Shown here: piece by piece, positions 11,616 through 24,850 of the stretch
Numbering within the stretch: the stretch's first letter is position 1
Layout: each line of letters opens with the position of its first letter
Assembly: GCA_010909165.1 (NCBI GenBank)
Contig: MU008203.1
Coordinates: forward strand, 124,001-188,000
Direction: 5' to 3'
DNA from: Anthoceros angustus
Lineage: Eukaryota; Plantae; Anthocerotophyta
Length of the DNA: 64,000 nucleotides
Made by a program: the position numbers and the translations under genes
The notes under the pieces: generated by a model
Seen by the model: the letters and a program-made list of their open reading frames with translations, nothing else
The model's database searches: none
What the model was told of the DNA's origin: nothing

Positions 11616-14600
11616 TCAGGTCTTGTCAGGAGGAGCAACAGGACCTTCAACTCGGCGACGTGGAATGTATTTAAATGGGGCTTGCATGCGATACACCTTC
11701 CTTCCCTGCACACCACCACTGACACCACCGCTGCTCCCCCCTCTTGATTGCTCACCTCTTCTATCAAGACCACTGTTGCCACCCCTTCGACTATCACCTT
11801 CATTACCGGTTGAGCCACGGTTCGTATCAACATCGTCTTGTGAAACCTGTTGGCTATGCGATGTTGGCCTGACATCATCGCAACTTCCCATGCGGTCCAT
11901 GTCTCCAGATGATCGTCCCACTCCATGCAAAGCTTGTTCATTGGCATCATCTGACCCACTTCCATGCGTGCTTGGTTGTCCTCCAGCCCCGGTAAGCCAG
12001 CGTTGTCTTGCATTCCAAACCTGTTGGCAAAAGTCCTTTGTCGGAGGTGATGGAACCTCAGAATTTGCTGCTTCAACATCTCGAAAACAACCATCCTCCC
12101 TAGTAGCTTCCTCCCACCCTGGCCACAGCAGAAAATCCAGAAGATACATTAGCAGGCAGAAACAAGCCTTCTCTTGGCTGAGCAAACAAACAAACCACAG
12201 CAGCTCACAAGCACTCACTCAAGCGATTGAAATCTTGCAACATTTTGACATATTGCAACATTTCTTTTTCTCTGTCAGTCCCCTTCAGGACAGGGCCACA
12301 ATCCGCCCGCTGACTTTCGGGTGCTGTTGGTTGAGGCTCCTTGGTAGAGGGCACCACGGAGGTCGCCACTCCAGTTGCATTAGACCCTGGAACAAGATCA
12401 CAAATCAGTTAGGGTCATACATTTCAAACAGAATAGACACTTGACCCCATTTATACACTCCACTTCAGACAAGGTACGCAGATGTTCCTGATCTGCTCAG
12501 CATCAGTACGACCTTGGTAGTCATGTACAGTGCTTAGGAGTCAAACATGACAGCCAGCATACATCAACTCAATACAAGAAAAGGTTTCAACACTAGCACC
12601 CTCTTGATCGTCATGAACATCTCTATTTGTGGCAAAGGTGTCACGGCCAAGCACAGATCCACAATCGGATAGTTCTTGGCGGTCACCAACCACGCCAACA
12701 GCACGCCAGACTTTAGCAGTTCCAGATCTGTTGGCTCCAGTAGGCCAGCCTTGCTTTGCCAACCTTTCATACCCAGGTAGAGGCATACCAGTGGGTCTAG
12801 CGTCTCCTCGCTCGCCAAGTGTACTGGCATGTGGCCTAGAGGGCACACTGGCATTGCCACCCACGTGACCTTTCCAGTGTCCTGATGGCACCTGGGTCTC
12901 CCCCGTTGTTGGGTTCTCAGTGGATCTGGTTCCGGTGTTTCTCAGACTGGCGCTTGAGCTGCTAATCCTCGTTGCATCTTGGTAGCCTGGATGCGGGATC
13001 CTGGAGATCTCCCTCGCTGCCACCTCTCTAGGACCAGAATTGTTCACTTTCAACTTGATGGGAACAGAACCCACTAGAAGCTGGCCGCTTGAGACCTCTG
13101 GATGTCGTGCATCCACAGCAGGGTGTGTAGAGCCTTCAGTTTGGACAGCCTTCCTCACATGCAGGGAAGCCAATTTGTACTGATCACTCCTGATAGCCCC
13201 ACTGCCAGCAGAAGGGGCCCCGCTGCCAGCTTCAGTGCCTGTCAACACAGGGTTTTGGGCAGTCGATGGAGGGATTGGTGGAAATTCCAAATCAAAATCA
13301 AAGGAGGTTGACAAGGATGATGCAATAGGCACTGCAGGTATGGCCTCAACAGGACCAGCCGAGAAAACCTCCTTGTTAATTGAAGCCACAAGCTCCCTCC
13401 CCAGTACAGGAGGTGTGGATGTTGACCCACTTGCAACAACTGGCTTCGTACCAGCAAACTGTTCCTTCAATTCATCAGACTGCAGACTGCTGAATCCTTT
13501 CAATTCTGCACCATCCTTGATACCAGCTTCGCTCACTTGTGTCTCCTTAGCATCAGAACCCACACTGTGGACTGACTTAGGCGCCCACACTCCATGCTGC
13601 CCGCTCCCTCCTGGAGAAGGAGATCTAACCTTCGGAGACACAGTGTGGAGGCGCTGTGGCCTTAGCAAACCTAATTCAGGGGACGGAACATGAGCGACTG
13701 CCTCCACCTTAGCAGGGTGAGGTACACCAGGATTAGGCTTCCTCAACGGCCTGGATGGACTCTGCGGAGCAACCTCTGAAGATTTACCCTCCACCCCGGA
13801 GCCAGGCCTGTTACCCAAGCCTGCAGAGGCCATTCCCTCATGCATATCAGTTCGTGGCCTGGTCATCCTTAGAGGCTTCCTATCTGCAACATTCCGATCC
13901 GCTTCAGGTCTTCTGACATCTGAAACGGGCTTATCCTGCTCCAACTTTACAATCTTAGAGCCTCCTTCAGCTCGATTACCCTGCTTACTTGGAGTTGCAG
14001 GAGAACTCGTCCCCAGCTCAACACCGCCTAGGGATCCAGATTCCTGAGCACGAGACAGCGACTGCATACCTGTTGTCACACACTTATCCTCCACTGCGTC
14101 ACTTGAGAGCCGCGTTGGACTCGGACGGCTCACAGGTGTCTCGTGGCTGAGTCCCAATGCCAACCCTGTTGGCTCCAAAGATGAGGCCTGGGAAGCTCCT
14201 TGAACATCAGCAGTTATCAAGTCCGGAACAGCAGGAGGCAGTACACTGGAGACCACCTCCCTACTGTCAAACTGGCCTCCAAATTCTCCATCTTTAGCAA
14301 CTGAGCCAACAGATACAGAGAGAGATCGTGTCATATCCTCTTGTGCACCTCCTCCTTCAACATTGCTTTGAATATCCAGCGAGTCTGATTCAGTCACAAC
14401 CACAGCAGACTCGAGAGGAGCACCTCCTCCTTCAACCATGCTTCCAAAACCCAGAGACCGAGGTTCTACTTCACTCGACATCTGACCTGACGAGACAGAT
14501 CTTGGAGAATCCTCCTGTGCATCTCCATCAACCACGCTTTGAGTATCCTGCAAGTGAGACTCTGTTTCAACAGACATGAGAGCCGATGAGCTTTCCTTGC

Positions 14601-17241
14601 GCTCTCTCTCTTGCAGCTTCCTTTCCCTTTTCAACCTCCTCCTCTCAAGATTCTCAGCTTGCCTGCAGGCAGGTTTGGAACATCATCAGCACACCCAAAG
14701 GTCATCTCCCACAAGTAGCCACACCTGAATATGACAGGACAACACTCGAAGAAAAAAAAAGATGAAAAGCACTGCTGCTTACTTTCGTCGAGAAGCTTCC
14801 TCTTGTGCTTCCTCTTCTGCCATGAGGGCGTTGGAGCACTTCAGGGATTCTGTTTGTTTGTCCTTGATCCACTCCTTCAACTGCAGCCACAGTAGCCAAA
14901 ACAGATTGATTGAGCTCTGTTCAACCTAAACCCTAAATCGCTACGAGTTTAGATGAGAACAGCAAACAATATCTTCGTGCAAGGAAACGTCAAGCCAATC
15001 TTTACCTTTGTGGTGGCTATGCAGAAATTCATAATGGAAAAGCCAATTGAACCCTAATCTTATACTGCAAGGTTCATGCAAAGGTAGAGACTACTAAGGA
15101 CGATAATGCTTTATAGTCCATCATAGTTTCTGTCGGCACATGATGACGAGTGAATAACCATGAACTTACCAAAGCTCCTTCAAGAATGAAGGCTAGAAAG
15201 GACACAAGATTCTTGTCCTCCATCCCTACTTTCTCATCACCCGAGAAAACCTTGTTGTTGGCTGGATCTGTGCTCCCAACCAGAAAGGTTTTTTCACTGG
15301 CAGAATCAAAAGTCCTGAACAGCTTCTCTGCATTCCAAGTAACCTCTTTCTGCTCGTTCCGTACCATGCCCTGTAATTCAATCGGGTAGGACTTAGCACA
15401 AACGCACCCTTTGCAGCAGACCACAGTGGAAGGCTGATACAAGCCTCATCCAAGTCAAGCATAAACACAAAGTCTGCATCACTCACTAACCAGGAGATCC
15501 GTTCCAGACTTTTGGTAAGGCAAAGGTAGAGAAATTTGCTGTTTACTCAAGGCCTCCACAACCTTAGTAACTGAATAGTCTTCAGATGACGATCCCTGCA
15601 CGTTTGATCATGCTGCCAATCAGTATTGTGAAGGATTGTCTAAAACTGGGAGGAGACCCAGCACTGAAACATAGTCTATTTACAAGCAACCTACGCTGAC
15701 AAGCAACAACCAAGCCACATATGGGTGTCACTGTGTCCAACCTTCACAAGTAGACTCTTGAACAAGTCAAACCGCTCGCGAGGTGATTTCTGGTTACATG
15801 ACACAAAATGAAGGTCAATTACTGACTATCATGTGCCGCCCACCATAGACTTGTAACTATGACAACGTTCACATACCCTTTCCCAAAACGCAGCAATAGC
15901 TGGCCGTGATTTGTTCCAATCCTCCTGCAACAGAGGAGCATCAATTCTATAACACTTCCCTTAACACATAAGAAAACAATCCACACTCAGACATAATTCA
16001 GCGAAGTACCTTGTCAGAATCAAAAATCTTCTTATGCGAACGGTTGTGTCTGCGGATGTTGATGTCAGAGATGAACTCCCGAGAACACTGAATCTTAGCA
16101 CACTTCTGAAGCTGTGGCTTTGTGTTGTTCGAACCAAGTGACCAGCCAGGTAATTGATCTGCAAAATTACAGGATGTGAGTAACAATAGTTACTCCTTTC
16201 TCAGAGCCGCTTCTACCCTTTTTAAGAAGCCAGAAAAAGGACTCTGCCTTAGAAATATTTCCCAAGGACTGTCTCACCAGCCTTCCCTGCAGCTTGAGCA
16301 AAAGCCACAAGTGCTTGGAGCACTTTGAAAGGGTTCATCCGATCACCTGATAAAGGCAGCGACCTTGCCACACCTGCCCTGACAGAGTCACCCGAAGCAT
16401 CTCTGAGCAATTCGGAGTCAACAGCACCGCCTAAGTTGTCATCAGCTCCAGTATCTCGTGTCTCACTTGCTGTCTTGAAAGGAAGGATAGAGCGCCTAGG
16501 CAAAGGTCTGTCTGAAGGTCTGCTTGCAAAAGACATGTAGGGTTCACGACCCATTGTTTGCCTGATGAAATTATCCAACGACTCTTGGACCTTCCTGTCA
16601 TTGTCTGCTTGCTCTTTTGCCCTCAATTCTTCCGCTGTTAAGGCATCCCCACTGATTCGTCTGACACCACCCCCTGCCTTGACTGAAGCCATACTGGCCA
16701 CCTCTTTCTCCACAGAAGCCAGCCGAGCTTTAAGTTGTTTGGCACACTTTTTCTCTGCCTTTTTCACCTCGTGCCCATTTTCAATCACGCTATCCTGCTG
16801 TGATAGTCTGATCCCTTCAGGTACAATAGCAGATGTGCGCGTGTGTCCCTCAACACGACTACCTCTCCGCCTCCTCAAAGTAGAAAGCTCACCATCTTCT
16901 CTCTCCACAGCATGTCCATTAGTAGATCTCCCGTCTGCCCGGTAAGAGATGTCTTTGCTCAAACTCAGTTCGTGCTCTGGAATATGAGACAACAATATTT
17001 TCGGAAACTGGTGGCCGTTGGAATGACTGATCAAAGATCCAGCAGTTAGGAAGTCTGCAAGCACATCTTTACCTAAGATGGTCTTATCTTGTGATTCTCT
17101 CTGTTCTCTACTAAGCAAAAGGCTGCCAGGTTCAAAACCAGCTTCTAGGTCCCGGAAGCCCACATCTGCATCTCCTCTCCTGCGAGGTCTGACTGTGTGG
17201 TCATTGGGTTGCCGAAAGCTTGCATAGGAACTGCACAACAT
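11616..17241 (-). CDS. Multi-exon C2H2 zinc-finger/coiled-coil protein (Arabidopsis AT4G25610-like, from recall) with a long low-complexity C-terminal half; both ends uncertain
   Basis: SLDNFIRQTMGREPYMSF; exon 16010-16158 encodes C-x4-C-x12-H-x3-H (CAKIQCSREFISDINIRRHNRSH); FDSASEKTFLVG..KNLVSFLAFILEGAL; LKEWIKDKQTESLKCSNALMAEEEAQEEASRRK|QAENLERRRLKRERK joined by GT-AG introns to ORF 12541-14662. Confidence 0.75.
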
Positions 17242-17439
17242 AGTAGTAAGTTGGGCCCATTAAACACAGCATACCATATGGAAACATTTAAGACAAAGGT
17301 AAGCGACCAAGATACGTAGATGCAGACACTAGTATGCTACAAGAATGCCAACAACAAATCTACAACACAAGCTAGGATGATCCAGGTGCTGATGCGCTAC
17401 ACCAGGCCCGGGTGAATGAACAAATATGCGGATCAGATT

Positions 17440-18465
17440 CTAATAGTACATCACAAAAATAATTGCAAAGGCCAACCACAACACTGGTGGTCTGTTAATT
17501 TCAAATCCTAAAGTCATGTGGAGTGCAATAAACGAGAAAGATAAATGGACAAATGTGACCAGCATATTAGAGACTTCACATAGCAAGTGTAGAACCCAGG
17601 GCGTGTGGGCACTTGACACCAACCTGCTTGTACCATTCGTATCGGCAGCACTGACAACTTCCCCCGAGCCTAAATGTGTGATAAGAGGAGATTCGCCCGT
17701 CTCACATGCATACTCGCTGGTTCCCCTCAACGGAGGACCTGGACACTGTGCCGAAGAAACCAAGTCCTCAGAGCAATAAAGGTCCATCTCCTGAGAGATG
17801 AAGCGAGAAGGATCCTTGCGTACAGCCAGCGAGAGGAGCTGCTTGTCAACACTAGCACATCCCTGAGGGACGTGAAGAGCCTTGTGCGGCGAAGTGGAGG
17901 GAGAGCATTGGTTTCCCAAAGGCCCGGCCCAGGCAGGGCTATCCTCAGAGTCAAAAAATTCACCACCACCATCCTGTTGCAAATCTAAAACATAACTCAA
18001 CTTGTCCGCTGCGACGAGTCCATCCGCGCATGGTGCAACTTTAGCCCCTGCTAACGGACCTGCGTCCTCGGCCACATCGCAACTCTCGAAACTTCCGGTA
18101 TCAAAACCAGTGACACTGCCACCTACATCAACAACATGCCCCCTACAGTGATCGGATTCCTCAGAAAAACCCCATTCACCTGCATCAGTATCTGTACTAC
18201 CCGAGGACGCGATAGACGGGTAGCTGCCCTCATCCGACACACCATCACAATCAGGTTCCCATGTGGCAAGCTTGTGGGCTAGAGAAACATGATCTCCAAG
18301 ACTTATCAAGGGGCCATCACCCCGTTGACCATTTACAGAATCAGCAACCAACTCGGGAGATGGGGTGCCTTTCTTGCACGCAGACTGCTGAAGGCATCCA
18401 GCAGCCAGCACGCTAGCGGAATTGCAAAAGTTCACCTCCACTCCATGCACCCAAGTGTTTGTCAT
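17440..18465 (-). CDS. Acidic Ser/Asp/Gly-rich ORF: possible upstream exon of the C2H2 gene, or a separate hypothetical gene
   Basis: 341-codon open frame with disordered-protein composition; no recognisable domain. Confidence 0.4.
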   Translation of the reverse strand: MTNTWVHGVEVNFCNSASVLAAGCLQQSACKKGTPSPELVADSVNGQRGDGPLISLGDHVSLAHKLATWEPDCDGVSDEGSYPSIASSGSTDTDAGEWGFSEESDHCRGHVVDVGGSVTGFDTGSFESCDVAEDAGPLAGAKVAPCADGLVAADKLSYVLDLQQDGGGEFFDSEDSPAWAGPLGNQCSPSTSPHKALHVPQGCASVDKQLLSLAVRKDPSRFISQEMDLYCSEDLVSSAQCPGPPLRGTSEYACETGESPLITHLGSGEVVSAADTNGTSRLVSSAHTPWVLHLLCEVSNMLVTFVHLSFSFIALHMTLGFEINRPPVLWLAFAIIFVMYY

Positions 18466-20665
18466 ACCAGGCCAGGCGTTGGGACGCCTGTGGGGAAAGG
18501 CAAAAACGGTGAATCAAGCAGATGCAGCTAGAGACGGGAAAAAACCAGGCCGGCAAGCTGCTCCGACAGCAGCAAATGCGCAGCACAAGACAGGAAGAGC
18601 AGGCTAAATCAAGCAGCAACAGTCATCGCACCGACCGGCCAACCACAGCAGCGCGGGCGGCAACACTGGCGACGGTCAGATCCAGCGGCACGCATTCACG
18701 TACAAGCGTCACGCCCCAAACCTAACACGGGCACCGCCTGCACATGATCTTGGATAGGCGCAAGCAAAAATGCAGCCACCCTCCTCTCCCAGGCTCAGGC
18801 CTATACTCAGATGCTCAGGCCGGCCGCACCGCCACCATCAGCACGCCGATGCGCTACTCCCGATACAATCACCCAGGCCCGATAACCACTCACACTTGCA
18901 TCATACTATCCACCGCCCGCACACATGAGCAGCAACCTACTCGCACAAGCCCGTAATCAGGACCCCGGGACGCCGCCGCACCACGCCACAGCACCAATTG
19001 CGTTGCAGCTAGATCCGCACCAGAATTGGCCAGATACCGACAGCCGACAGCAGACAGCCGACAGAAGGCAGGCAGAGGGGAAATGCGAGCAACAGCAATC
19101 GGACTCTGGGAGAGGGAGGGGCGGGGGAGGAAATGCAGGCGGCAGGCACGCACACTGGAATGCCAACCCTGGGATGGAGGCGGCAATCTTGAAATCTGGG
19201 GGCAGAGCAGCTACGGGAGCAATCAAACAGGGGGAGGCGGCCCGGATCAGGGCGGCGGGTGCAAGAATCCCGCAGCAAGCCAGGCAGGCGGCAGAGGCAG
19301 AGGCAGAGGCGGAGGCGGCGGCAGAGGACGTTGCAGCGGGAGGGTCACCTTCCTTCCCGGGAGGCGGCGGGGAGGCCCGGGCCGGGCGCAGGCCGCAAGA
19401 AGCAGTGCGCGGGCTGTGGATCGCAAGGAGGCGGCAGGCTCTCCCGCACCGCCCGAGCGACACGAGGCAGGAGGGGCGGACGCAGAGGCGGGACGGGCGA
19501 CGAGAACGGGAACAGGAACTCCTGGAACAGGAACAGCAGCAGCAGGGAAGAGCTCGAAGGCGATTTCAATGGCGCAAGGCGGCGGCGAGCGGGGAAGGGC
19601 GGGAAGAGGAGGGGCCGGGCCGGGCGGGCGGCGCGGGCGGGACGACGGGGGCGGCGGGGCCTGGGCGAGCCTTGGGCTCGGGGCCTGGGCTCGGTGGCGG
19701 GCGGGGCGAGGCGAGGCGAAGGCGAAGGCGAAGGCGGGGAGGAAGGGAGAAGGAAAGGGAGGGAAGGGAGGCCAGATGAGAGAGAGAGGCAGGCGCAGGC
19801 CTACTAGGCCTACGCCTAGGCCTAGTACAGCCTACAGGGAGACAGAACGGAGAGAGAGTGTGTGGAGGGAGAGGGACTCGGGAGGCGAGCTTCGGTGGCT
19901 GTTGCGAGGGGAGTTGAAGGGCGCGTGGCCCGGACCGGGCCGCCAGCTCCGGTAACAGCTTCGGGGCTTGGGATATAATGTCGGTCCGCCTGTCTCCCGC
20001 CTGCATCTGGCTGCGTGCCAGTGTGCCTCGCCGTTGCGCACATTGGCATTCATGATCCGCCCCGACAGCACTGCACCTTTGGTTCGCTGGCATATTTGGC
20101 CGAGTGGAGTCCCGATCCCGACCCCGACCCCGGCCCCCGCTGCCTATTCAATCGCTTCATTTCCTTTGCCCTCTCACCATGCTTTCACATTACAACATAC
20201 AGCCTGGTGGGCTCCGTCTCGTCCTGGTGTGCATCGGGACTTTCAGCACAAGCATCCGTGTAGCAACTACCAACTTTGGTCTTGTGTGCACTTCCAAGCA
20301 TTGCGTATTCCTGTACAAGCTTAGCCTGCGTTTGAAGCAAATTGAGGAGGAGTCCTCATCTAACGGACAGCTTTGAGAAAGCAATGGGGTGCAAAATTGG
20401 AGACCAAGGTGGGTGTAAATCGAGTCGGGAAGGGGGAGGGTCTCCATTAGGAATGCTTGCGACCGAACGCCATACTAGACTTTTATGTCTCCATGGGCAA
20501 TTCGGCATGCATGTGTGTCATCCCATGTATCTTCGGAGCCAAGCGCAATGTCCCCACGCTCCCGCGCCATGGGGCATCGCGTTGGCTTGTAGAGGTATAG
20601 AGGCAACTTTTCTCTCGGGTCATAGGGATTCCTATGCGCAAAGAACTCGGCATCCATGAAGCTCC

Positions 20666-21847
20666 ATGAAGTCATCAAGCTCTGTGCAGCTGCAGCTTGG
20701 GACCACACCGGTGACGTGGAGGCTGCCCACCTGGACGTTGCTCGAGCCTTGGAAACCCAGCGACGTCAAATTCCTAGAAACAGCGAAACAAGTTTTTGCC
20801 GAAGGCCAAGGAGACCGCGGGTTGGTCCTTGACTTGGTCCTTGGTCCTTGGACCGCGGAAGTTTGCCAACCCAAGTCTCACGCTAAATATGCCAGGTGCT
20901 GTCCTCAGGGATGGCAATTGGAAATCTTGAAGCAACTCTCGGACACGCTTTCTGGCTCCGTCTTGATTGTCGTTGTGGCTTCTCTCCGGAATCTGATGAA
21001 TTCCAGCTTGAGAAATTTTGTGGGTCGGCTGCGAGCAAGCAGGTTCCGTCAACCTGCAGCTTACAAGGAGCAGGTGCCTCAGACACAGCGGGAGCAACGC
21101 GTTCCCAGCAGATGGGTGTTTTTGGGATGTCCCGGGTCGGGGAAAGGCACTTTTGGCAGCAAATTGGCTGATCTGCTGGAAATTCCGCACATATCTATGG
21201 GAGATTTGGTGCGGCAGGGTGTGGCTGATGAGAATGGACCAGCTGCAGCTTATGGTCACGCAATGAAGCAAGGGAAGTTGCTGCCGGATGACGTGATCCT
21301 GCAGCTGCTGTTTGAAAGATTGAAGGACGGATTGCTCCAAGGAAAGGGTGGGTTCGTGCTCGACGGCTTTCCCAGGACTGTCAGCCAGGCGGAGATTTTG
21401 GAGCAGGTTCTGCCGATTGAGAAGGTTGTAAACCTGAGGATGCGGGAAGATGTGCTGATCAGTAAGTGCTTGGGAAGAAGGACGTGCAGTCAGTGCGGTA
21501 GCAGCTTCAACCTGGCGGATGTAGATGTGGAGGGAGTAGATGGAGGTCCTCGGATTAGCATGCCTCCCTTGCTGCCACCCCCAGCTTGCTTGGATAAGAT
21601 GGTGGCCAGAGCAGATGATACAGAGGAAGTGGTGAAGAAGAGGCTTCAGGTCTACTATCAGCAGAGCCAACCAGTGGAGGAATTCTATCGAAGCCAAGGG
21701 AAGCTTGTCGAATTTCAAAACGGAGGCAGCATCAGTGAAACGTGGTCTCGCCTGTTAGCCAAGCTGAACTTGCCAGTCATCAAACATTTTCACGACACCC
21801 AGGATCAAACATCTAGTAACCGTTGTGTCGTCTCTGGTGCTCTGTGA
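20666..21847 (+). CDS. Adenylate kinase, organellar plant type, intronless; likely functional start at ATG 20996 (MNSSLRNFVGRLRASRFR...)
   Basis: P-loop GCPGSGKGT, HISMGDLVR, GFVLDGFPRTVSQAE, LID region GRRTCSQCG..PPLLPPPAC..RADDTEEVVKKRL. Confidence 0.93.
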   Translation: MKSSSSVQLQLGTTPVTWRLPTWTLLEPWKPSDVKFLETAKQVFAEGQGDRGLVLDLVLGPWTAEVCQPKSHAKYARCCPQGWQLEILKQLSDTLSGSVLIVVVASLRNLMNSSLRNFVGRLRASRFRQPAAYKEQVPQTQREQRVPSRWVFLGCPGSGKGTFGSKLADLLEIPHISMGDLVRQGVADENGPAAAYGHAMKQGKLLPDDVILQLLFERLKDGLLQGKGGFVLDGFPRTVSQAEILEQVLPIEKVVNLRMREDVLISKCLGRRTCSQCGSSFNLADVDVEGVDGGPRISMPPLLPPPACLDKMVARADDTEEVVKKRLQVYYQQSQPVEEFYRSQGKLVEFQNGGSISETWSRLLAKLNLPVIKHFHDTQDQTSSNRCVVSGAL

Positions 21848-24005
21848 GGAGACTCCAAGACGATTTCTAACATAACAACCATATTATTTGCGCAACCTAC
21901 TGACTACCATTTTTCGCACTAGTAAAGGCTCTGCAACCCTGTAGCTTGTGTAACAGATGTAACAACGGTTGATGAAATTGAAACCTCGACATTCCGGGGT
22001 TCTAATCATGTTCCAACCTTTCAACTCAAACTGTGGACGGCTTGAGCACACCACGGTGTACCATCCCTTAAATGTCTGAACAAAGCCGGCTAAAGAAAAG
22101 GACTGTGGCAAAGGTGCCCAGCCTGCCCTACGTATCACTCAAAAGGACCAGCGTTATTCACATGAAATTCTGCCAGCACAAGACGGTTGGCCACTTCATG
22201 TGTTAGCGTTCAACCGCAGTTATTCCCGAAGTAGCACAAAGGTGCGAAATGGTTCAAATCCTTTTTCTGAGTCGAGAGCGCCAGATATTTTACTCCAGGA
22301 ACACAAATCAATCGTGGTCTGCGCGCGCAGTTGGCCGTGACGTGAAAGCCCTTAGACATCTGCACATACACATACTGTATGTACACGTATCAGACCTGTT
22401 TTTTTGTGTAGACACGGAGTTGAAATAAAGACAAGGACTAGTGCCATGTCTACCGACTACACTTGGTGCTTGAAGCATGTGGGAAGCCATGCATCGTGAA
22501 AGCGCATCAAGAACCACCGGACAAGTAGATAACGATACCTCGTAGGCAAGTAAGCAACAATGTTTACCATGGCAAGCATTCTCTTCCAAATCAACACTCC
22601 TTGAGCCTCCACAAACATGCATACGACCTAACGACAAACCACCAACGTTGGATAAGGTGGTCCGGTTGCTCCTACAAGAAGAGTTGGAGAATTTCTTCAA
22701 GAAAGAAGAGAATGAAGACTCGCTGCTCTTCTCAAAGAAGGGAACAACACGTGGGAAGACTTCACAAGCCAACTCTGGAGAAGGATCAAAAGAGAAAGGT
22801 ACGAAGAAAAAGCCAACTCTGGAAAGGTGCAAAAAAAAAAATGTGGGGTACTTGCCATTGTAGCAAAAAGCCTAACCATTATGCCAATTATCTCAAAACA
22901 ACAGCGGCTGTAAAAGCCAACAAACACTGGCTTCTCCTGGCTGAGAACAAATGATGGATTAACCTCTAGCAATCTTTCCAAAAATTGACCACAAAGAATA
23001 AAAAAAATTTAAAATCCAAGAAACAGCATAAGTCGATTTCCTCATCTTTTCCTTGCCCTTGTTTGCATCTTCCAAAAGTTGTGCTCTAGTCTTGCTCTCA
23101 AACTAAAGGTCACCCAGTCCAGTTTCTAATGGAAGAACAAACTCGGAAAAGTCACTTCTTTTGACGGAAGAAGATATTTGTTTATTCCATCTTGTGGAGA
23201 TGAAGTGCTATTATTGCTGGGTGGATACTACGGGACTTTGTTGTCCAATTTTTCTGAAGTCTTCCAGAAGACGTCAAAAAAGATTGTCTTACCAAAATCT
23301 GAATGCTTGTTGGTTAAAGAATTTCTTACTGAAAGCGCTTTGCACACTTGGCCGGAGGTTATTTGGGATAATCCTCACAGACGCTTTATTGTCCAAGCCA
23401 TCCTGTATCTTGGCATTCTCTACCAGTATTATATATGTAGTGTACGGCAACTTGGAATCTACTCAAAGATTGTTTGATGGGTCTAAGTGCAAAAGCTCTG
23501 GTAACGTGGAGTGCTTGGATAGCAGGTTATTCCCAGAAGAGGATGAGACATTAAGCTCTTTATGTCTAATACTTCAATGTAACATGGTTGTACATAATTC
23601 AATGAATAAAAATGGACAGGATATAATCTCAACCCTAAAGATTCAGTTTAATCTCAACCTTGGTGGGAGAAGATAAGCAATAGGCAGGTAAAAAAAGAAA
23701 ATTAAAAAAAAATCATCATAAGGTAAGAAGCCATGAATATTTGAGAAGAGCATTAAAGGACAAGGCACAAGTCGGGTTGATGCAAAAACATGTAACAATC
23801 CTAAAGAGGAAGTAACACATAATAACAACTTCTAATCCACAATCCATTCACAGTGTATACCACAAACTATAACACTTGAATTCCCAAGCCACCAACCAAT
23901 CCAAAAGCTTATAACACTTTGGGGTGGTGTTACAAAAAAGTGTTATATGAGGGTGTAACATAGCCACCCATTTGTAGTAGTGGTGGCAGCACCCATGCAC
24001 ATCTC

Positions 24006-24850
24006 TTAAGATTGTCCTAGGATCAAGTTGTAAGCAAGCTCACGTACTTCTACATCTACGAACCCCATCCTTACCTTGATCCCATGGACTACCATCTTTA
24101 CATTTTCAATGACTCTGATACTAAGTAGTGGAGTGTTGGAAGTGTCTTTAAAGACCTGTGGGGAAGCTATCTTCCTAGCTGATCCGAGACCAAAAGCACT
24201 TAACCAACGAATGTTGATCAAGTTGGTAGAGACACCACTGTCAACCATGATGTCCAAGGCTTCGAAATTGTTTACATCTATAGTAACAAACCGATTTGCC
24301 AACCACCTTCAATGCACCGACACCTTGTACTTTTGCTTTGGCCTTGCCCTTCTTAGGCTTTGCTTCCGTGGTACTTACGGCAGAAGTTATTTCTCTTCGA
24401 GCAGCAGGCTGAATTCCAAACAAGGGGCAAAAGATCGTCTTTACCTCTCGGTCTGCGATGTCTTTGACAAGTGAATATACCTAGGTGCATCATGAGACAC
24501 GGTGGCAAGGTAGCACCTTTCTTCCTTCTCTTCTTTGGTTTGTCAACAATAGATGCATCATGCATCTCGACCTCAGGTCCAGCGAACGTGGTGTCCTTCT
24601 TCACTGCTTTCCAAGGGGTTTATCATTATCATCGGAATCCGGCTTCTAATGTACTGGATCAACGATGGCAACAAGGGCATGGAAAGTATGTGCTGTTGTG
24701 AAAACACGCACCATGTATAGTTGGAGGAGGTACGCTTGGCTCTTCTTCGAGAACAACACTGAGAGTTGGACTGCCCCAAGCATTAAACCTGGAGCCCGGG
24801 CCTCAAGCTCAGCCAACATTGCGTCCACGAGGATTTCCTCTAGAAATTAA
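24006..24850 (-). mobile_element. Degenerate Ty3/gypsy-like LTR retrotransposon fragment (gag-like region plus aspartic protease)
   Basis: Retropepsin signature IMVDSGVSTNLI...YNLILG in ORF 24006-24302; broken upstream frames. Confidence 0.7.

Noticed and set aside
18890-20093. Many overlapping Gly/Arg/Pro-rich ORFs on both strands
   Set aside because: Expected in GC-rich, stop-poor promoter/5'UTR sequence between divergent genes; no frame shows a recognisable domain. The same applies to 39170-40066.
22300-23700. Short Lys-rich ORFs, possible TE remnant
   Set aside because: No diagnostic transposase or retroelement motif, and no termini found
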